The notes: generated by a model not told the origin, from the sequence alone. DNA of 64,000 nt from Clostridia bacterium (GCA_041687355.1 JAWLCD010000004.1:19725-83724); one strand, 5' to 3'. Shown: positions 1 through 11,418, counted from the first letter of the stretch. Translations and numbers: made by a program.

Positions 1-1
1 A

Positions 2-937
2 TTTGCTGTTAGTGGAGATATTACCTTAGAATATTTAGGGCTGGAACAAAATGAATACATGCAGCTGCAGTATAAGATTGATTCTGCTATTCATGCAGGT
101 GCTTTGGTTAATTATTATGGAGATTATTCTAATTTTGAAGAAATAAATATCAGGGGAACTGAAAAAGTAGTTAAGTTTTGTATGGAAGCTAATAAGGCAT
201 TGCTGTATATTTCTACAATGGGTATCTCGGGCCAGTATCTAGTTACCAATAAGAATGAAAATAAAATAAATGTATTTACAGAAAATGATTTATATATAGG
301 TCAGAATTACTTTGATAATCCTTATGTAAGAAGCAAATACGAAGCAGAGCTGTTAGTGAATAAGTATATAAAAACAGGAGCTAAAATAGCCATATTAAGA
401 GTGGGCAACTTAACCGGCAGATTTACAGATGGTCATTTCCAGAGAAATATTACTCAAAATGCATTCTATAATATTATTAAATCTATAATTTTTATAGGAG
501 CTGTCTCGAAAAATATTCTTAATGAGGCTTTTGATTTTACTCCTGTAGATTATTGCAGTCGGGCGATAGTAAAGTTACTTGCGAGAGAAGAATCTATAGG
601 CAGAACATTCCATTTATATAATGATAATAGGCTTAATGTATCGCAAATTATAGAATTACTCGGAGATATAGGCATTAATATTAAATGTTTGGATAAATAT
701 GAATTTAAACAATTAATTAAGGCAATATCATCTGACAAATCAAGCAAAAGCAATCTAAGTGGAATTGTTAATGATTTTGATGAAGAAACTCAGCTGAATT
801 TTAATACAAGTGTAAAACTGGATTCTGAAATTACTGCTTCATATCTAAAACAACTTGGTTTTGAGTGGCCTTCAATAGATGCAGAATATATACGGAAAAT
901 TATCAATTATATGAAGGAAGTAAAATATATTCCATAA
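2..937 (+). CDS. C-terminal thioester-reductase (SDR-type) domain of a larger NRPS/PKS-like or carboxylate-reductase protein; 5' end outside window
   Basis: Frame open from nt 2 (FAVSGDITLEYLGLEQNEYMQL...); IHAGALVNYYGDY, NIRGT and Y-x3-K (YVRSK) motifs typical of terminal reductase domains. Confidence 0.65.
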   Translation, partial: FAVSGDITLEYLGLEQNEYMQLQYKIDSAIHAGALVNYYGDYSNFEEINIRGTEKVVKFCMEANKALLYISTMGISGQYLVTNKNENKINVFTENDLYIGQNYFDNPYVRSKYEAELLVNKYIKTGAKIAILRVGNLTGRFTDGHFQRNITQNAFYNIIKSIIFIGAVSKNILNEAFDFTPVDYCSRAIVKLLAREESIGRTFHLYNDNRLNVSQIIELLGDIGINIKCLDKYEFKQLIKAISSDKSSKSNLSGIVNDFDEETQLNFNTSVKLDSEITASYLKQLGFEWPSIDAEYIRKIINYMKEVKYIP

Positions 938-977
938 AAATATACGGTTGAATTTTAATGTTAAGCAGGTGATTATT

Positions 978-2798
978 ATGAAATTAGATATTTGGTTTGT
1001 ATTATTATGTATCTCTATAATATTGATAACAGGATTAGGTATTTACATATTAAGAATACGGAATAAAAGGCAGATTCATTATGTTTTTTTAGGCTTAATA
1101 ATTTCAATATTTATATGGGGTTTTAGTCTTTTCCTTGCATCATTAGATAACTTTTCCAATATGTTATTTGTATATTCATATTTTGTTGGCGTATGTTTTG
1201 TTCCTGTTTCAATTACTTTCCTGGGATTAGTATTTTCACATACAAAAATTGATTTTAATTGGAAACACACACTTTTATTTATATTCCCTGTAATAGATTT
1301 AATAATTATACTTACAAACCCATATCATCATCTGTTTTTTGTAAAATATCATCCTATCAACACTTTAATGGAATATGGAATGTTTTTTAGAGTTCATACT
1401 ATTGTTTCGTATATTTATATATTGGTAGGAATATGGTACTTGCTATATTATTCAATAAAGAATTCAAGTTTCTTTTCGAGACAATCACTGTTAATAATTT
1501 TGGGTGTATTTGTTCCTCTTGTGTTAAATGCACTTGAAAATCTTAATATTATCAAATTATCAACTTATACTACACCTGTAGCTTTTTCATTTGCTATCGT
1601 TTGTTTTACATTCGCTATACTCAAATTCCAATTTCTAAACGTAGTCCCCGTAGCAATGCAGAAAATTGTCGACCTCATATCTGACAGCTTTGTCGTCATC
1701 AATGAAGATTATAAAATAGTAGATTTCAACCAGACATTGATAAGCACCTTCGGCAGTCTCTTCAATTTTAAAAGAAACCAGAATCTTATTGCGGTGCTTT
1801 CCTCAAATAGCGATATTGATATGGATACTATTCAGTTGATGGAATATATTAAAAGGGCCAGATATGAGAAGAAAACTATTTCCTATGAGAAGCATATTGA
1901 ATCCGGGGAATTTATAAAACATTTCGCTATTGAGATTACGCCGCTGATTTACAATAATCAGAATTTGGGTACAATAATACTTTTCAAGGATATAACTGAG
2001 TTGAAAGAAAGCATAGAAAAAATCAAACGGGCTCAAAATCAGCTTGTCGAGCGGGAGCGTCTTGCATCCTTGGGAGAGCTTATCGGCGGAATAGCGCACG
2101 ACATAAACAGCCCGCTCTCTTCCCTGCAGTGCCATGTCAAGGAAATACACAATCTCTCCAGGGAATATGAGGAAAGCATCGAAGACCCTGAAGTTACTCC
2201 TGATGACCATAGAGAAATTGCTCATGAAATTCAGGACAATCTGAACAAAATAGAGAAAATCTGCGGACGCATTGCCAATATAATCAACAGCGTAAGAAAC
2301 AATACAAGAAATCTCAGCGCCGAAACCTATACGCTTATAGACCTGAGTTATGTAATTGAGGATTTGAAGATACTGCTGGGTCATGAGCTCAGGCATGGGA
2401 ATTGTGAGATAGTCTACAAAGAGGACAAGCATACCATGCTTATGGGCGACCCCGGAAAGCTGGGGCAGGTGCTTACCAATCTTATTACAAATGCAATCCA
2501 GGCATACGAAGGAAAACCAGGGACTGTAACTGTTGAGGCCAGGAATACCGAAAAAGAGGTCATAATTTCGGTGAGTGACCAGGGCGAAGGTATAAGGCCG
2601 GAGATAAGGGAAGGAGTATTTAAAAAAATACTTTCCACAAAGGGTACCAAGGGAACCGGTATGGGACTGTATATCTCATACTCCATAATAACCGGTCATT
2701 TCGGAGGCAGAATGTGGCTTGAATCGGAGACCGGTAAAGGAACCACCTTCTTTATTGCACTGCCCAAAGATTTTGGGAAGAAGGAGCATGCAAGCTAA
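978..2798 (+). CDS. Sensor histidine kinase with polytopic N-terminal membrane domain, PAS-like linker, HisKA H-box and HATPase_c
   Basis: About 7 hydrophobic segments, H-box GGIAHDINSPL, N/G boxes (NLITNAIQA, DQGEGI, GTGMGL); ATG 978 preferred over track start 948 because AGGTGA lies 6 nt upstream. Confidence 0.85.
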   Translation: MKLDIWFVLLCISIILITGLGIYILRIRNKRQIHYVFLGLIISIFIWGFSLFLASLDNFSNMLFVYSYFVGVCFVPVSITFLGLVFSHTKIDFNWKHTLLFIFPVIDLIIILTNPYHHLFFVKYHPINTLMEYGMFFRVHTIVSYIYILVGIWYLLYYSIKNSSFFSRQSLLIILGVFVPLVLNALENLNIIKLSTYTTPVAFSFAIVCFTFAILKFQFLNVVPVAMQKIVDLISDSFVVINEDYKIVDFNQTLISTFGSLFNFKRNQNLIAVLSSNSDIDMDTIQLMEYIKRARYEKKTISYEKHIESGEFIKHFAIEITPLIYNNQNLGTIILFKDITELKESIEKIKRAQNQLVERERLASLGELIGGIAHDINSPLSSLQCHVKEIHNLSREYEESIEDPEVTPDDHREIAHEIQDNLNKIEKICGRIANIINSVRNNTRNLSAETYTLIDLSYVIEDLKILLGHELRHGNCEIVYKEDKHTMLMGDPGKLGQVLTNLITNAIQAYEGKPGTVTVEARNTEKEVIISVSDQGEGIRPEIREGVFKKILSTKGTKGTGMGLYISYSIITGHFGGRMWLESETGKGTTFFIALPKDFGKKEHAS

Positions 2799-2959
2799 AT
2801 GCCGGAAAATAAGCATTGTATTGGTAATTGAGTTCCTTTATAATAAATATTAAGTATAACTATATAGTATAAAACTAAACAGGATGGATTGTGTTATACC
2901 TGAGAATTGAAATATTAAATGCACTAATCAAATGCTGTTTACTCTGAGGTGAATTAATA

Positions 2960-4555
2960 ATGGCGAGAAAAAGGCTTGAGTTACCCGGAGAGGACTATAC
3001 CATCCTAGTTGTGGACGATCAGAATGAGGTCCTTGAGTCAGTCTCACCCCTCTTGAGAAGAGAAGGGTATAATGTAGTTTGTACCCAGAGCGGCGTAGAG
3101 GCTGTAGAAGCGGTCAGGAATAAGGACATAGATGTTATGCTGCTTGACTACTTCATGCCCGGAATGACAGGTGAGGATGTTGTCAGGGAAATAAGAAAGT
3201 TTGACAGGGAGCTGTTTATTCTCCTTCAGACAGGCTATTCAGGGGAGAAGCCGCCTCTGGAAATGCTCAGATTGCTCGATATTCAGGGTTACCACGACAA
3301 GACCGAAGGGCCGGACAAGCTTCTGCTTTGGGTTGCAGCAGCTATAAGGTCGTGTGCGCAGATGAGGGTAAACAAGCATATGCGTGAAGGGCTTACCTGT
3401 ATACTAAATTCGGTGCCGCACATATTCAGGATGCAGGCATTTATTGAACTGCTAAGGGATATTCTTAACCATCTCACCGGGCTTACTGACTATGAAAATG
3501 GATTTATAACTATAGAGAATCTAAATAGTAAAGGTATATACGTATGCGGCAAGGGAAGGTTCGAAGGCCTGACCGACCGGCAGATTATGGAGAATTCCAT
3601 ACGCACCGATTTTATTGACCATGCACGGGAAAATAATGAAATTGTCAGAGCAGATAATATACTTGTATTACCTGTTCTTAATAACAATGAATGGATAGGA
3701 ATAATATACCTTGAAAATTGTCTGCTGGACAAAGAAGAGTACATTGACCTGATAAAGATTTATGTAAATCAAGCTGTTGAAGCAATAATAAACATTCAGC
3801 TTCACGAGCAGGTGGTGACTGCAAAGGAAAAGATAAAAGATTCATATCTTCAGTTGAAAAAAACATACTTTGAACTCATTGAGTCACTCACAAAGGCAGT
3901 TGATGCCAAAGATTCATACACAGCCGGTCATTCTACCAGGGTTTCACTTTATTCAAGGGTAATAGGGAAATCACTGGGTTTATCCAAAAAGGAACTTACC
4001 AGGCTAAAGGTTGCAGCCTTATTCCATGATATAGGCAAGATAGGTATACCGGATAGTGTTCTTCTCAAGGAGGGGCGTCTGACTGATGAGGAATTCGCAA
4101 CAATTAAGACACATACTGTGACCGGAAGCAAGATATTGTCTCCAGTGACATTGCTTAGCGACATTGTTCCAGGTGTAAAACATCATCATGAAAAATTTGA
4201 TGGAAGCGGTTATCCTGATGGCCTATCCGGAGAAGATATTCCGCTTGATGCCAGAATTCTGGCTATTGCAGATTCATTTGATGCAATGACTTCCGACCGT
4301 TCTTACAGAAGAAAGATGAGTTATGAAGCAGCGCTGTCTGAGCTTGAAAAATGCTCAGGTTCACAATTTGACCCGAAGCTTGCAAGGCTCTTTGTAGATA
4401 AGTTCAAAAACCATGGCAGGTATCTGGACAGGCTGGTTTCATTCTGGAGTCATATTCATGATTTTGACCATGTTAAGGAGTTTAAAGAATCATATGGTTT
4501 TATGCCGTTTGAATCTTCTCATAAGTATTCTGCAGCAGCGGATGAAGAAGAATAA
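2960..4555 (+). CDS. Response regulator: receiver domain + GAF-like middle region + HD-GYP phosphodiesterase domain
   Basis: Receiver motifs (VVDDQ, MLLDYFMPGMTG); HD-GYP signature HDIGKIGIP ... HHHEKFDGSGYPDGL. Confidence 0.85.
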   Translation: MARKRLELPGEDYTILVVDDQNEVLESVSPLLRREGYNVVCTQSGVEAVEAVRNKDIDVMLLDYFMPGMTGEDVVREIRKFDRELFILLQTGYSGEKPPLEMLRLLDIQGYHDKTEGPDKLLLWVAAAIRSCAQMRVNKHMREGLTCILNSVPHIFRMQAFIELLRDILNHLTGLTDYENGFITIENLNSKGIYVCGKGRFEGLTDRQIMENSIRTDFIDHARENNEIVRADNILVLPVLNNNEWIGIIYLENCLLDKEEYIDLIKIYVNQAVEAIINIQLHEQVVTAKEKIKDSYLQLKKTYFELIESLTKAVDAKDSYTAGHSTRVSLYSRVIGKSLGLSKKELTRLKVAALFHDIGKIGIPDSVLLKEGRLTDEEFATIKTHTVTGSKILSPVTLLSDIVPGVKHHHEKFDGSGYPDGLSGEDIPLDARILAIADSFDAMTSDRSYRRKMSYEAALSELEKCSGSQFDPKLARLFVDKFKNHGRYLDRLVSFWSHIHDFDHVKEFKESYGFMPFESSHKYSAAADEEE

Positions 4556-4792
4556 GATACATTTCTGACATATCTATCTTTCTTACCATTTAGTTGTATT
4601 ATATAGAAGAATATTCTTGTTGCTTTTGGGCAAAATATACCATTATAATATCTATATAGTGACTATATATAAGCTAATACTATCTGGTTATTCAAGAGGT
4701 CTCTTTTCTATTTAATTTCTTTCATAATGATTTGTTCCATAACTGTCGCTTGAGGTTCTATTAATTTTCAATAATATCCTGGAGGAATGAGT

Positions 4793-6259
4793 ATGCTATT
4801 CAGAAGAAACAATCAAAAAATTGAGAAGTACTTGCAAAAATTGGCTAACGGAGAGCAGTTATCAGAATCTGAGATACGGGCCATGAAAGAAGGCTATAAT
4901 ACCATGGCCAAGCAGGTTGCATCACTAACCGAGAAGCTTAATGAAGGCAAAAAGGATATTGCCGATGTGGTTGATGGTGTGATTGAGATTTCGACTCAGG
5001 TGAGCAGTTTTGACCTGAAGCTCATGCATTATGGTACAGGAATAAAGGAATCAACTGAAAAAATCAACAAGATTACTGAGGCGGTTTTTACAACCTCACA
5101 GGAGACTACTGCCAGTGCAACTCTCGTCTCCCAGGCCAATGCAGACTCTACCAGCTCACTTAACGAGATTACTGATGAGGCACATACAATAAATGATAAT
5201 ACAAAAAAGAATAATCTGCTTCTGGAGAAAATGAAGGCTGAGAATACAGAAGTTTTAAGGTATGCCCAGGGGATGAAGGTTGATGTTGATAACCTGGTAA
5301 ATACCCTGAGCAATGTTGAAGAGGCACTTAATGGCATTAACCTGATTGCCGAACAGACCAACCTTTTGGCTTTAAACGCATCGATAGAGGCGGCAAGAGC
5401 AGGCGAGGCCGGAAAAGGCTTTGCAGTTGTCGCAGATGAGATAAGGAAACTGTCGGATGAAACAAAGGATATGCTGGGCTCAATGAAGAACCTGGTAGGA
5501 AATATAAGGGATGCTTCAACCACAACCATTGAGAGCGTGGATAAAACAGTTGAATCGGTTGGCAAGGTTGACGAATCAATCATAGAGATTGTTGAGCTGG
5601 CTGAGCAAAACCTGAGTTCTATTGACCATATGACAAGTAATATGACTGAAATTGCATCACATAATCAGGAACTCAGCGCATCAATGGAAGAAGTAACTGC
5701 AGCAATGCATTCACTTAACTCGGATGCGGAGAATGCCAGTAAGCTGTGTGGTGAACTTGAGGGAGTGGGACAAGCAGTTTATAATGTCGCGGCAGGTATG
5801 GAAGAGATAGATAAAGTAGTCAGCGAAGTTGCCAGGAAGTGCGGAAGATTGGCAGTTAACCGGCTCTTTAGGCTTGAAAACCGCAGGTTCGAGCAGTATA
5901 TTGAACTGGCAATATCGGCACACAAGGGGTGGGTAGACAGCCTTGCAGGTATGGTAAGAAGCATGGAACTAAAACCTATACAGACAAATGATAGAAAATG
6001 CGGATTTGGACATGTTTACCATTCAATAGACCCCACACACCCAGCTGTTTTGCCTCTCTGGAAGGAGATAGAATCTCATCATCATGAACTCCACCAAAAG
6101 GGAGAAGATGTAATAGCCTGTATTAAAGGTGGGAAGAAGAAGGAGGCTGAACTGTACCTTCAGGAAGCTGAGCAGCTGTCGCAGAAGGTAATAGGTATAC
6201 TTGAAGAAATTCTGGGTACGTCCGAACAGCTTACTTCTGAGAATCAGTCGGTATTATAG
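4793..6259 (+). CDS. Soluble methyl-accepting chemotaxis protein with C-terminal CZB (zinc-binding) domain
   Basis: MCP signalling hairpin ([34 protein letters not shown]); no TM segment; C-terminal H/C motif CGFGHVYH...HHHELH. ATG 4793 has GGAGG 7 nt upstream; the track start 4787 is only 1 nt from it. Confidence 0.8.
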   Translation: MLFRRNNQKIEKYLQKLANGEQLSESEIRAMKEGYNTMAKQVASLTEKLNEGKKDIADVVDGVIEISTQVSSFDLKLMHYGTGIKESTEKINKITEAVFTTSQETTASATLVSQANADSTSSLNEITDEAHTINDNTKKNNLLLEKMKAENTEVLRYAQGMKVDVDNLVNTLSNVEEALNGINLIAEQTNLLALNASIEAARAGEAGKGFAVVADEIRKLSDETKDMLGSMKNLVGNIRDASTTTIESVDKTVESVGKVDESIIEIVELAEQNLSSIDHMTSNMTEIASHNQELSASMEEVTAAMHSLNSDAENASKLCGELEGVGQAVYNVAAGMEEIDKVVSEVARKCGRLAVNRLFRLENRRFEQYIELAISAHKGWVDSLAGMVRSMELKPIQTNDRKCGFGHVYHSIDPTHPAVLPLWKEIESHHHELHQKGEDVIACIKGGKKKEAELYLQEAEQLSQKVIGILEEILGTSEQLTSENQSVL

Positions 6260-6283
6260 CCGTGTCTTTCTGGATAATAGTTC

Positions 6284-6312
6284 TTGTAAAAGTTTAATTT
6301 ATATGTTACTAT
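6284..6312 (+). promoter_or_regulatory. Putative sigma-A promoter for the pheS T-box leader
   Basis: TTGTAA - 17 nt - TACTAT read directly; position fits the leader start. Confidence 0.35.
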
Positions 6313-6334
6313 GTAAAAAATCAATATGGTAAAG

Positions 6335-6576
6335 ACGATGAACGGGAGAGTAGGCAGAGGGATTTGCATAGAGAGGGAATGCCAGCGTCTGGGAGCATTC
6401 CTGCGGGGAAGCCTGTCGAAGTTCACCCGGGAGTTCTGCTGTTGAAAGCTTAAGTAGGCAGCAGCGGAGAAATCCGTTAAATTGTTCAAGTGTCCGGCTG
6501 GGAGTATGGCTGGGAATTTGGGTGGTACCGCGAGAGTTTTGACCCTCGTCCCTTTTGCAAGGGATGAGGGTTTTCT
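6335..6576 (+). promoter_or_regulatory. T-box leader (Phe specifier) with intrinsic terminator
   Basis: GAGAGTA and AGAGA elements; specifier-loop GAAG-UUC-A (UUC at 6422-6424); conserved T-box AATTTGGGTGGTACCGCG at 6515-6532; terminator ACCCTCGTCCC/GGGATGAGGGT + TTTT at 6542-6575; directly upstream of pheS. Confidence 0.9.
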
Positions 6577-6619
6577 AGTGCATTCAAACAAGTGATTCAG
6601 ATTTAAGGAAGGTGATTTA

Positions 6620-7639
6620 ATGAAACAGCAGTTGGAAAATATCAAAACAAATGCTGAAAAAGAGATATCGGAGGCTGCGTCTACACAGCAGCTGGAAGGC
6701 TTGAGAGTAAAGTACCTTGGCAAGAAGGGTGAACTCACTGCAGTATTAAGAGGTATGGGCAGTCTTAGTGCGGAAGAAAGGCCTGTCATAGGCCAGCTGG
6801 CCAATACAGTCAGAGAAGCAATTGAGGAGAGGCTGGAGAAGGCCGGAGAGGAATTATCCAAAAAGGAAACTCATGAGAAACTTAAAACCGAGTATATTGA
6901 TATAACCATGCCTGGAAAGGCACATAGGATTGGGCACAGGCATCCTCTTACGCAGGTTATTGATGAAATCAAGGATATTTTTCTGGGGATGGGTTATGAA
7001 GTTGCTGAAGGACCCGAGGTAGAGTATTCCTACTACAACTTCGATGCCCTTAATATCCCTGAGACACACCCGGCACGAGACCTTCAGGATACGTTTTATA
7101 TAAACGACAAGGTTATATTAAGAACCCAGACTTCACCAGTCCAGATTCGGGTTATGGAGAATAAAAAGCCCCCGATAAAGGTTATTTGCCCGGGAAGGGT
7201 TTACAGGTCGGATGCGGTTGATGCTACCCATTCACCCGTGTTTCACCAGATTGAGGGTCTTGTTGTCGACAAAGGAGTGACTATGGGAGACCTGAAAGGC
7301 TCTCTTGAAATTTTCTGCAAAGCTGTATTCGGTAAGGATACAAAAATAAGATTGAGACCTCATCACTTCCCGTTTACCGAACCCAGTGCAGAGGTTGATG
7401 TTTCATGTTTTGTATGCTCCGGTAAGGGCTGCAGGGTCTGCAAGGGTGAGGGCTGGATTGAGATAGTAGGTGCAGGTATGGTTCATCCCGGAGTGCTGTC
7501 AAACTGTGGTATTGACCCCGAGGTATACAGCGGGTTTGCATTCGGAATGGGAGTGGAAAGGATGGCCATGGCCAGGTTTGATATAGATGATATGAGACTG
7601 TTGTGGGAGAATGATATCCGATTCCTCAAACAGTTCTAA
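6620..7639 (+). CDS. pheS: Phenylalanine--tRNA ligase alpha subunit
   Basis: 339 aa, class II aaRS motifs (FRxE-like [25 protein letters not shown]); T-box upstream; pheT downstream. Confidence 0.95.
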   Translation: MKQQLENIKTNAEKEISEAASTQQLEGLRVKYLGKKGELTAVLRGMGSLSAEERPVIGQLANTVREAIEERLEKAGEELSKKETHEKLKTEYIDITMPGKAHRIGHRHPLTQVIDEIKDIFLGMGYEVAEGPEVEYSYYNFDALNIPETHPARDLQDTFYINDKVILRTQTSPVQIRVMENKKPPIKVICPGRVYRSDAVDATHSPVFHQIEGLVVDKGVTMGDLKGSLEIFCKAVFGKDTKIRLRPHHFPFTEPSAEVDVSCFVCSGKGCRVCKGEGWIEIVGAGMVHPGVLSNCGIDPEVYSGFAFGMGVERMAMARFDIDDMRLLWENDIRFLKQF

Positions 7640-7685
7640 CCAGGTGGAAAGATTCGTAATTTTGAAAGAAAGGTGGAGTTGATAT

Positions 7686-10091
7686 ATGAAAGTGCCATTG
7701 AGTTGGTTGAAGGAATACGTAAATATTGATATAACTCCCAAGGAGCTGGCGGAAGCCCTTACCATGTCAGGCTCAAAGGTTGAGGGAATTGAGGAACTTG
7801 GGAGCGGCATTTCCAACGTAGCTGCCGGAAAGATAATTTCCCTTGAAAAGCATCCTGATGCAGATAAACTACAGGTTGCAAAGGTCGATGCCGGCAGCGG
7901 GGTATTGCAGATTGTGACAGGAGCGGACAATATCAAAGAAGGAGATATAATTCCTGTCGCTAAAGAAGGGGCAGCACTGCCGGGAGGGAAAACAATTGGC
8001 AGAGGTGTGCTCAGAGGAGTGGAGTCGGTTGGAATGATGTGTTCAATTCAGGAGCTCGGACTTACAAGGTATGATTATCCGGAAGCGCCTGAACACGGGA
8101 TATTTATTCTGGATCCTGGTGTAGAACCGGGAACTGATATTAAAGAAGTTCTGGGGCTTGATGATGTTGTTATAGAATTTGAGATTACTCCTAATCGTCC
8201 CGACTGCCTTTCAATTATAGGCATTGCCCGTGAGACAGCAGTTACACTCAGAAGGGAACTCAAAGCAGAGAATATTATGCAGGCTGATAAATGTAGGTCA
8301 TCCCTTGCCGGCCGGACGCAGGGATCAGGGGTATCAATTGAGATAAAGAATCCCGAACTCTGTCCAAGGTATATCGGCAGGGTAGTAAGGAATATCAGGA
8401 TTGAACCATCGCCGGAGTGGATGAGAAAGAGGCTCAGGGCAGCTGGGATAAGGCCAATCAACAACCTCGTTGACGTTACAAACTACGTTATGCTTGAACT
8501 GGGCCAGCCTATGCATGCTTTTGACTTCGACAGGATTGAAGGAAAGAAAATTATTGTAAGAACGGCAAAAGAAGGGGAGAAGATAACTACACTTGATGAA
8601 CAGGAAAGAAAGCTTAACCCTGAAATGCTTGTAATTGCCGATGCGGTTAAACCGGTAGCCGTAGCAGGTGTCATGGGAGGCGCTAACTCTGAAGTTTCGC
8701 GAGATACAAAAAACATATTGCTTGAAGCAGCAAACTTTAATGGCGGTTCAGTTAGACTGACTGCAAAGGCCATGGGCTTCAGGACGGAATCTTCGTCAAG
8801 GTTTGAAAAAGGTCTTGATATTGAGAATGTTTCAAGAGCTATGGACAGGGCAGTGGAACTGCTTGAAGCCATGGGGGCCGGAGAGGCTGAAAAGGATGAT
8901 GTCGATTGCTGCCCGGTAAAATGGGAGCCCAGGGTGCTGAAGTTCAGGCCGGATAGGATTAATGCACTGCTTGGAACCAGGATAGACAAGGAATACATGG
9001 TGAAGGTCATGAGGGAGCTTGGCTTGTTGGTTGACGAAAAAGGCATGACTGTAACAATACCTTCATACAGGATGGATATTGAGGGAGAGGCTGACCTTGC
9101 CGAGGAGGTTGCAAGGTTCTATGGATATAATAATATTGAATCAAGCCTGTTTTCCGGAGAGACCACGCAAGGAGGAAAAACCCTGAAACAGAAGGTTGAA
9201 GATATGTGTAAATACGCAATGAATGCCCAGGGTCTTTCCGAGGCTTACACCTATTCATTCGTAAGTCCGAAAACTCTCGATATGATTAATATTGCTGAGT
9301 CTGACAGCCTGAGGAATTCAGTTAAGGTGATGAACCCTCTAAGTGAGGAACAGTCAATGATGAGGACTACCACAATACCCAGCATGCTTGAAGTTCTTGC
9401 AAGAAATTACTCCCGGAGGATTGAAGAAGTAAGACTATTCGAGCTGGGATATGTGTATACTCCCAAGGCCCTTCCCATTACTGAGCTGCCGGAGGAGAAA
9501 GAGGTTATTACCTTGGGGATGTACGGAAGCGGCGAGGACTTCTACACACTTAAAGGGGTTGTAGATGAGTTGTTCCGATACCTTGGGATACGAAACTATG
9601 AGATGAAAAGGGCTAGTGACCCGGTATTTCACCCTGGACGCAGTGCGCAGATTTACATCTCCGGCCGGAAAGCCGGGATAATCGGAGAGATTCATCCAGA
9701 TGTCCTGGAGAACTATAATATTGACTGCAGGGCCTATATAGGGGTGGTTGAGTTCAGACCGATTCTTGAAAACGTGAACCTAGTGCACAAATATAAGCAT
9801 CTGCCGAAATTCCCTGCTGTTGACAGGGATATTGCAATGGTTGTCAAGGATGAGATTACAGTCGGGGAGATTGAGTCTGTTATAAAGTCCTGTGCCGGAG
9901 ATATCCTTGAAGAACTAACCATGTTTGATGTCTACAAGGGAGGTCAGATACCGCAGGGAAGCAAGAGCGTGGCATATTCCATGAGTTTCAGGGCGGCAGA
10001 CAGGACCCTTACCGATGAAGAGGTAAACCAGATTATGCATGAAGTTATTAAGGAACTCAAGGGTAGGATTAATGCCGAGCTGAGAGGATAG
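7686..10091 (+). CDS. pheT: Phenylalanine--tRNA ligase beta subunit
   Basis: 801 aa; N-terminal tRNA-binding domain (MKVPLSWLKEYV), B3/4, B5 and FDX-ACB regions in the usual order. Confidence 0.95.
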   Translation: MKVPLSWLKEYVNIDITPKELAEALTMSGSKVEGIEELGSGISNVAAGKIISLEKHPDADKLQVAKVDAGSGVLQIVTGADNIKEGDIIPVAKEGAALPGGKTIGRGVLRGVESVGMMCSIQELGLTRYDYPEAPEHGIFILDPGVEPGTDIKEVLGLDDVVIEFEITPNRPDCLSIIGIARETAVTLRRELKAENIMQADKCRSSLAGRTQGSGVSIEIKNPELCPRYIGRVVRNIRIEPSPEWMRKRLRAAGIRPINNLVDVTNYVMLELGQPMHAFDFDRIEGKKIIVRTAKEGEKITTLDEQERKLNPEMLVIADAVKPVAVAGVMGGANSEVSRDTKNILLEAANFNGGSVRLTAKAMGFRTESSSRFEKGLDIENVSRAMDRAVELLEAMGAGEAEKDDVDCCPVKWEPRVLKFRPDRINALLGTRIDKEYMVKVMRELGLLVDEKGMTVTIPSYRMDIEGEADLAEEVARFYGYNNIESSLFSGETTQGGKTLKQKVEDMCKYAMNAQGLSEAYTYSFVSPKTLDMINIAESDSLRNSVKVMNPLSEEQSMMRTTTIPSMLEVLARNYSRRIEEVRLFELGYVYTPKALPITELPEEKEVITLGMYGSGEDFYTLKGVVDELFRYLGIRNYEMKRASDPVFHPGRSAQIYISGRKAGIIGEIHPDVLENYNIDCRAYIGVVEFRPILENVNLVHKYKHLPKFPAVDRDIAMVVKDEITVGEIESVIKSCAGDILEELTMFDVYKGGQIPQGSKSVAYSMSFRAADRTLTDEEVNQIMHEVIKELKGRINAELRG

Positions 10092-10097
10092 AAAGAG

Positions 10098-11375
10098 ATG
10101 AAAAATTCCTTTTACGAAGTTAAACCGGTTGAAGGCTTCAGGTGCAGTATATCAGTACCTGGCTCAAAATCCATAACAAACAGGGCATTGATTGCAGGAG
10201 CGCTTGCCAGAGGTAAGACCCTGGTTAAGAACGTGCTTTTCAGTGATGACACCATATACATGATTGAAGCACTAACAACCCTCGGCATACCCATAACAGT
10301 AGATAAAGGACGGGGAACGGTGGAGATTGAGGGAAAAGAAAACACCGAGTTAATGGGAAAATGTTTTGTGGGAAATGCCGGGACAGTTATGAGGTTTCTG
10401 CCATCTTTCATTGCAGTAAAAGGTGGAGAGGTGGAACTACACGGCGAGGAGCGGATGAAAGAAAGACCCATTGGGGAGCTTGTAGATGTATTGAGACAGC
10501 TGGGGGCGGATATATCCTATCCGGAGAGGGAGGGATACCCGCCTATTAGGGTAAAAGCATCGGGGCTTAAGGGCGGTAAAATCAGCATGAAAGGAAGTAC
10601 CAGCAGCCAGTTCATTAGTTCGGTACTGCTGTGCGCCCCCTATTGTAAAGCCGATGTTTACCTGAATATTGAAGAAGAGCCGGTGTCCAGACCCTATATT
10701 GATATAACTATGGGGGTTATGCAGGATTTTGGGGTCGAGGTTGAAAACTGCTTATACAGAAGCTTTTTTATAAGGGCAGGTCAGAAATACATGGGCCGGG
10801 AATATACTGTGGAATCGGATTGTTCTTCTGCATCATACTTCTTCGCAGCAGCAGCAATAGCCGGTGGGGATGTAACAGTAGAAAATATAAATCCTGATAG
10901 TCTCCAGGGAGATATCAGGTTTGTGGACATAATAGAGAAAATGGGGGCAAAAGTGGAGAGGGGCAGAGATTTTATAAGGGTGTCAGCCGGTAAACTGAAG
11001 GGAATAAGTATAGATATGAATGATATTCCAGATATGGCTCAGACTCTGGCTGTTATTTCTCTATTTGCAGACGGGCCTACAGAAATCAGGAATGTCTTTA
11101 ATCTGAGACTGAAGGAAACAGACAGACTCAGGGCGCTTACCAACGAGCTGGCCAAGCTTGGAGCTGAAGTTGAAGAAAAGGAGGACGGACTGGCAATTTA
11201 TCCGTCCTCAGACTATAAAGCTGCTGATATAGATACCTATAACGACCATAGGATGGCTATGAGTTTTGCTATTGCTGGACTGAAGATATCCGGAGTCAGG
11301 ATATCAAATCCGGGATGTGTGTCCAAAACCTTTCCCGGCTTTTTTCAGGAGCTTGAGAAGCTGTACGACTTCTAG
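10098..11375 (+). CDS. aroA: 3-phosphoshikimate 1-carboxyvinyltransferase (EPSP synthase)
   Basis: 425 aa; PGSKSITNRAL, GNAGTVMRF, DHRMAMSFAIAG motifs. Confidence 0.9.
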   Translation: MKNSFYEVKPVEGFRCSISVPGSKSITNRALIAGALARGKTLVKNVLFSDDTIYMIEALTTLGIPITVDKGRGTVEIEGKENTELMGKCFVGNAGTVMRFLPSFIAVKGGEVELHGEERMKERPIGELVDVLRQLGADISYPEREGYPPIRVKASGLKGGKISMKGSTSSQFISSVLLCAPYCKADVYLNIEEEPVSRPYIDITMGVMQDFGVEVENCLYRSFFIRAGQKYMGREYTVESDCSSASYFFAAAAIAGGDVTVENINPDSLQGDIRFVDIIEKMGAKVERGRDFIRVSAGKLKGISIDMNDIPDMAQTLAVISLFADGPTEIRNVFNLRLKETDRLRALTNELAKLGAEVEEKEDGLAIYPSSDYKAADIDTYNDHRMAMSFAIAGLKISGVRISNPGCVSKTFPGFFQELEKLYDF

Positions 11376-11418
11376 CAAGCTGCATGATATAAGATATAAA
11401 CTGCATGAATTAATTTGG

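Noticed and set aside
1803-2432. 209-aa minus-strand ORF inside the histidine kinase gene. The same applies to 5029-5583, 8483-9046, 34998-35441, 37120-37641 and the overlapping 58857-59369 / 59038-59310 / 59237-59545.
   Set aside because: All are shadow ORFs antisense to well-supported genes. None has recognisable motifs, and the sense genes carry clear family signatures.
4556-4786. Possible c-di-GMP riboswitch upstream of the MCP gene (prompted by the neighbouring HD-GYP gene)
   Set aside because: Only a weak GGGCAAAA fragment is present. None of the conserved GEMM helices or tetraloop-receptor motifs can be traced by eye.
6244-6861. 205-aa minus-strand ORF
   Set aside because: It runs antisense across the pheS T-box leader and the 5' end of pheS. 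It has no RBS and a low-complexity Ser/Leu/Pro composition typical of antisense frames.
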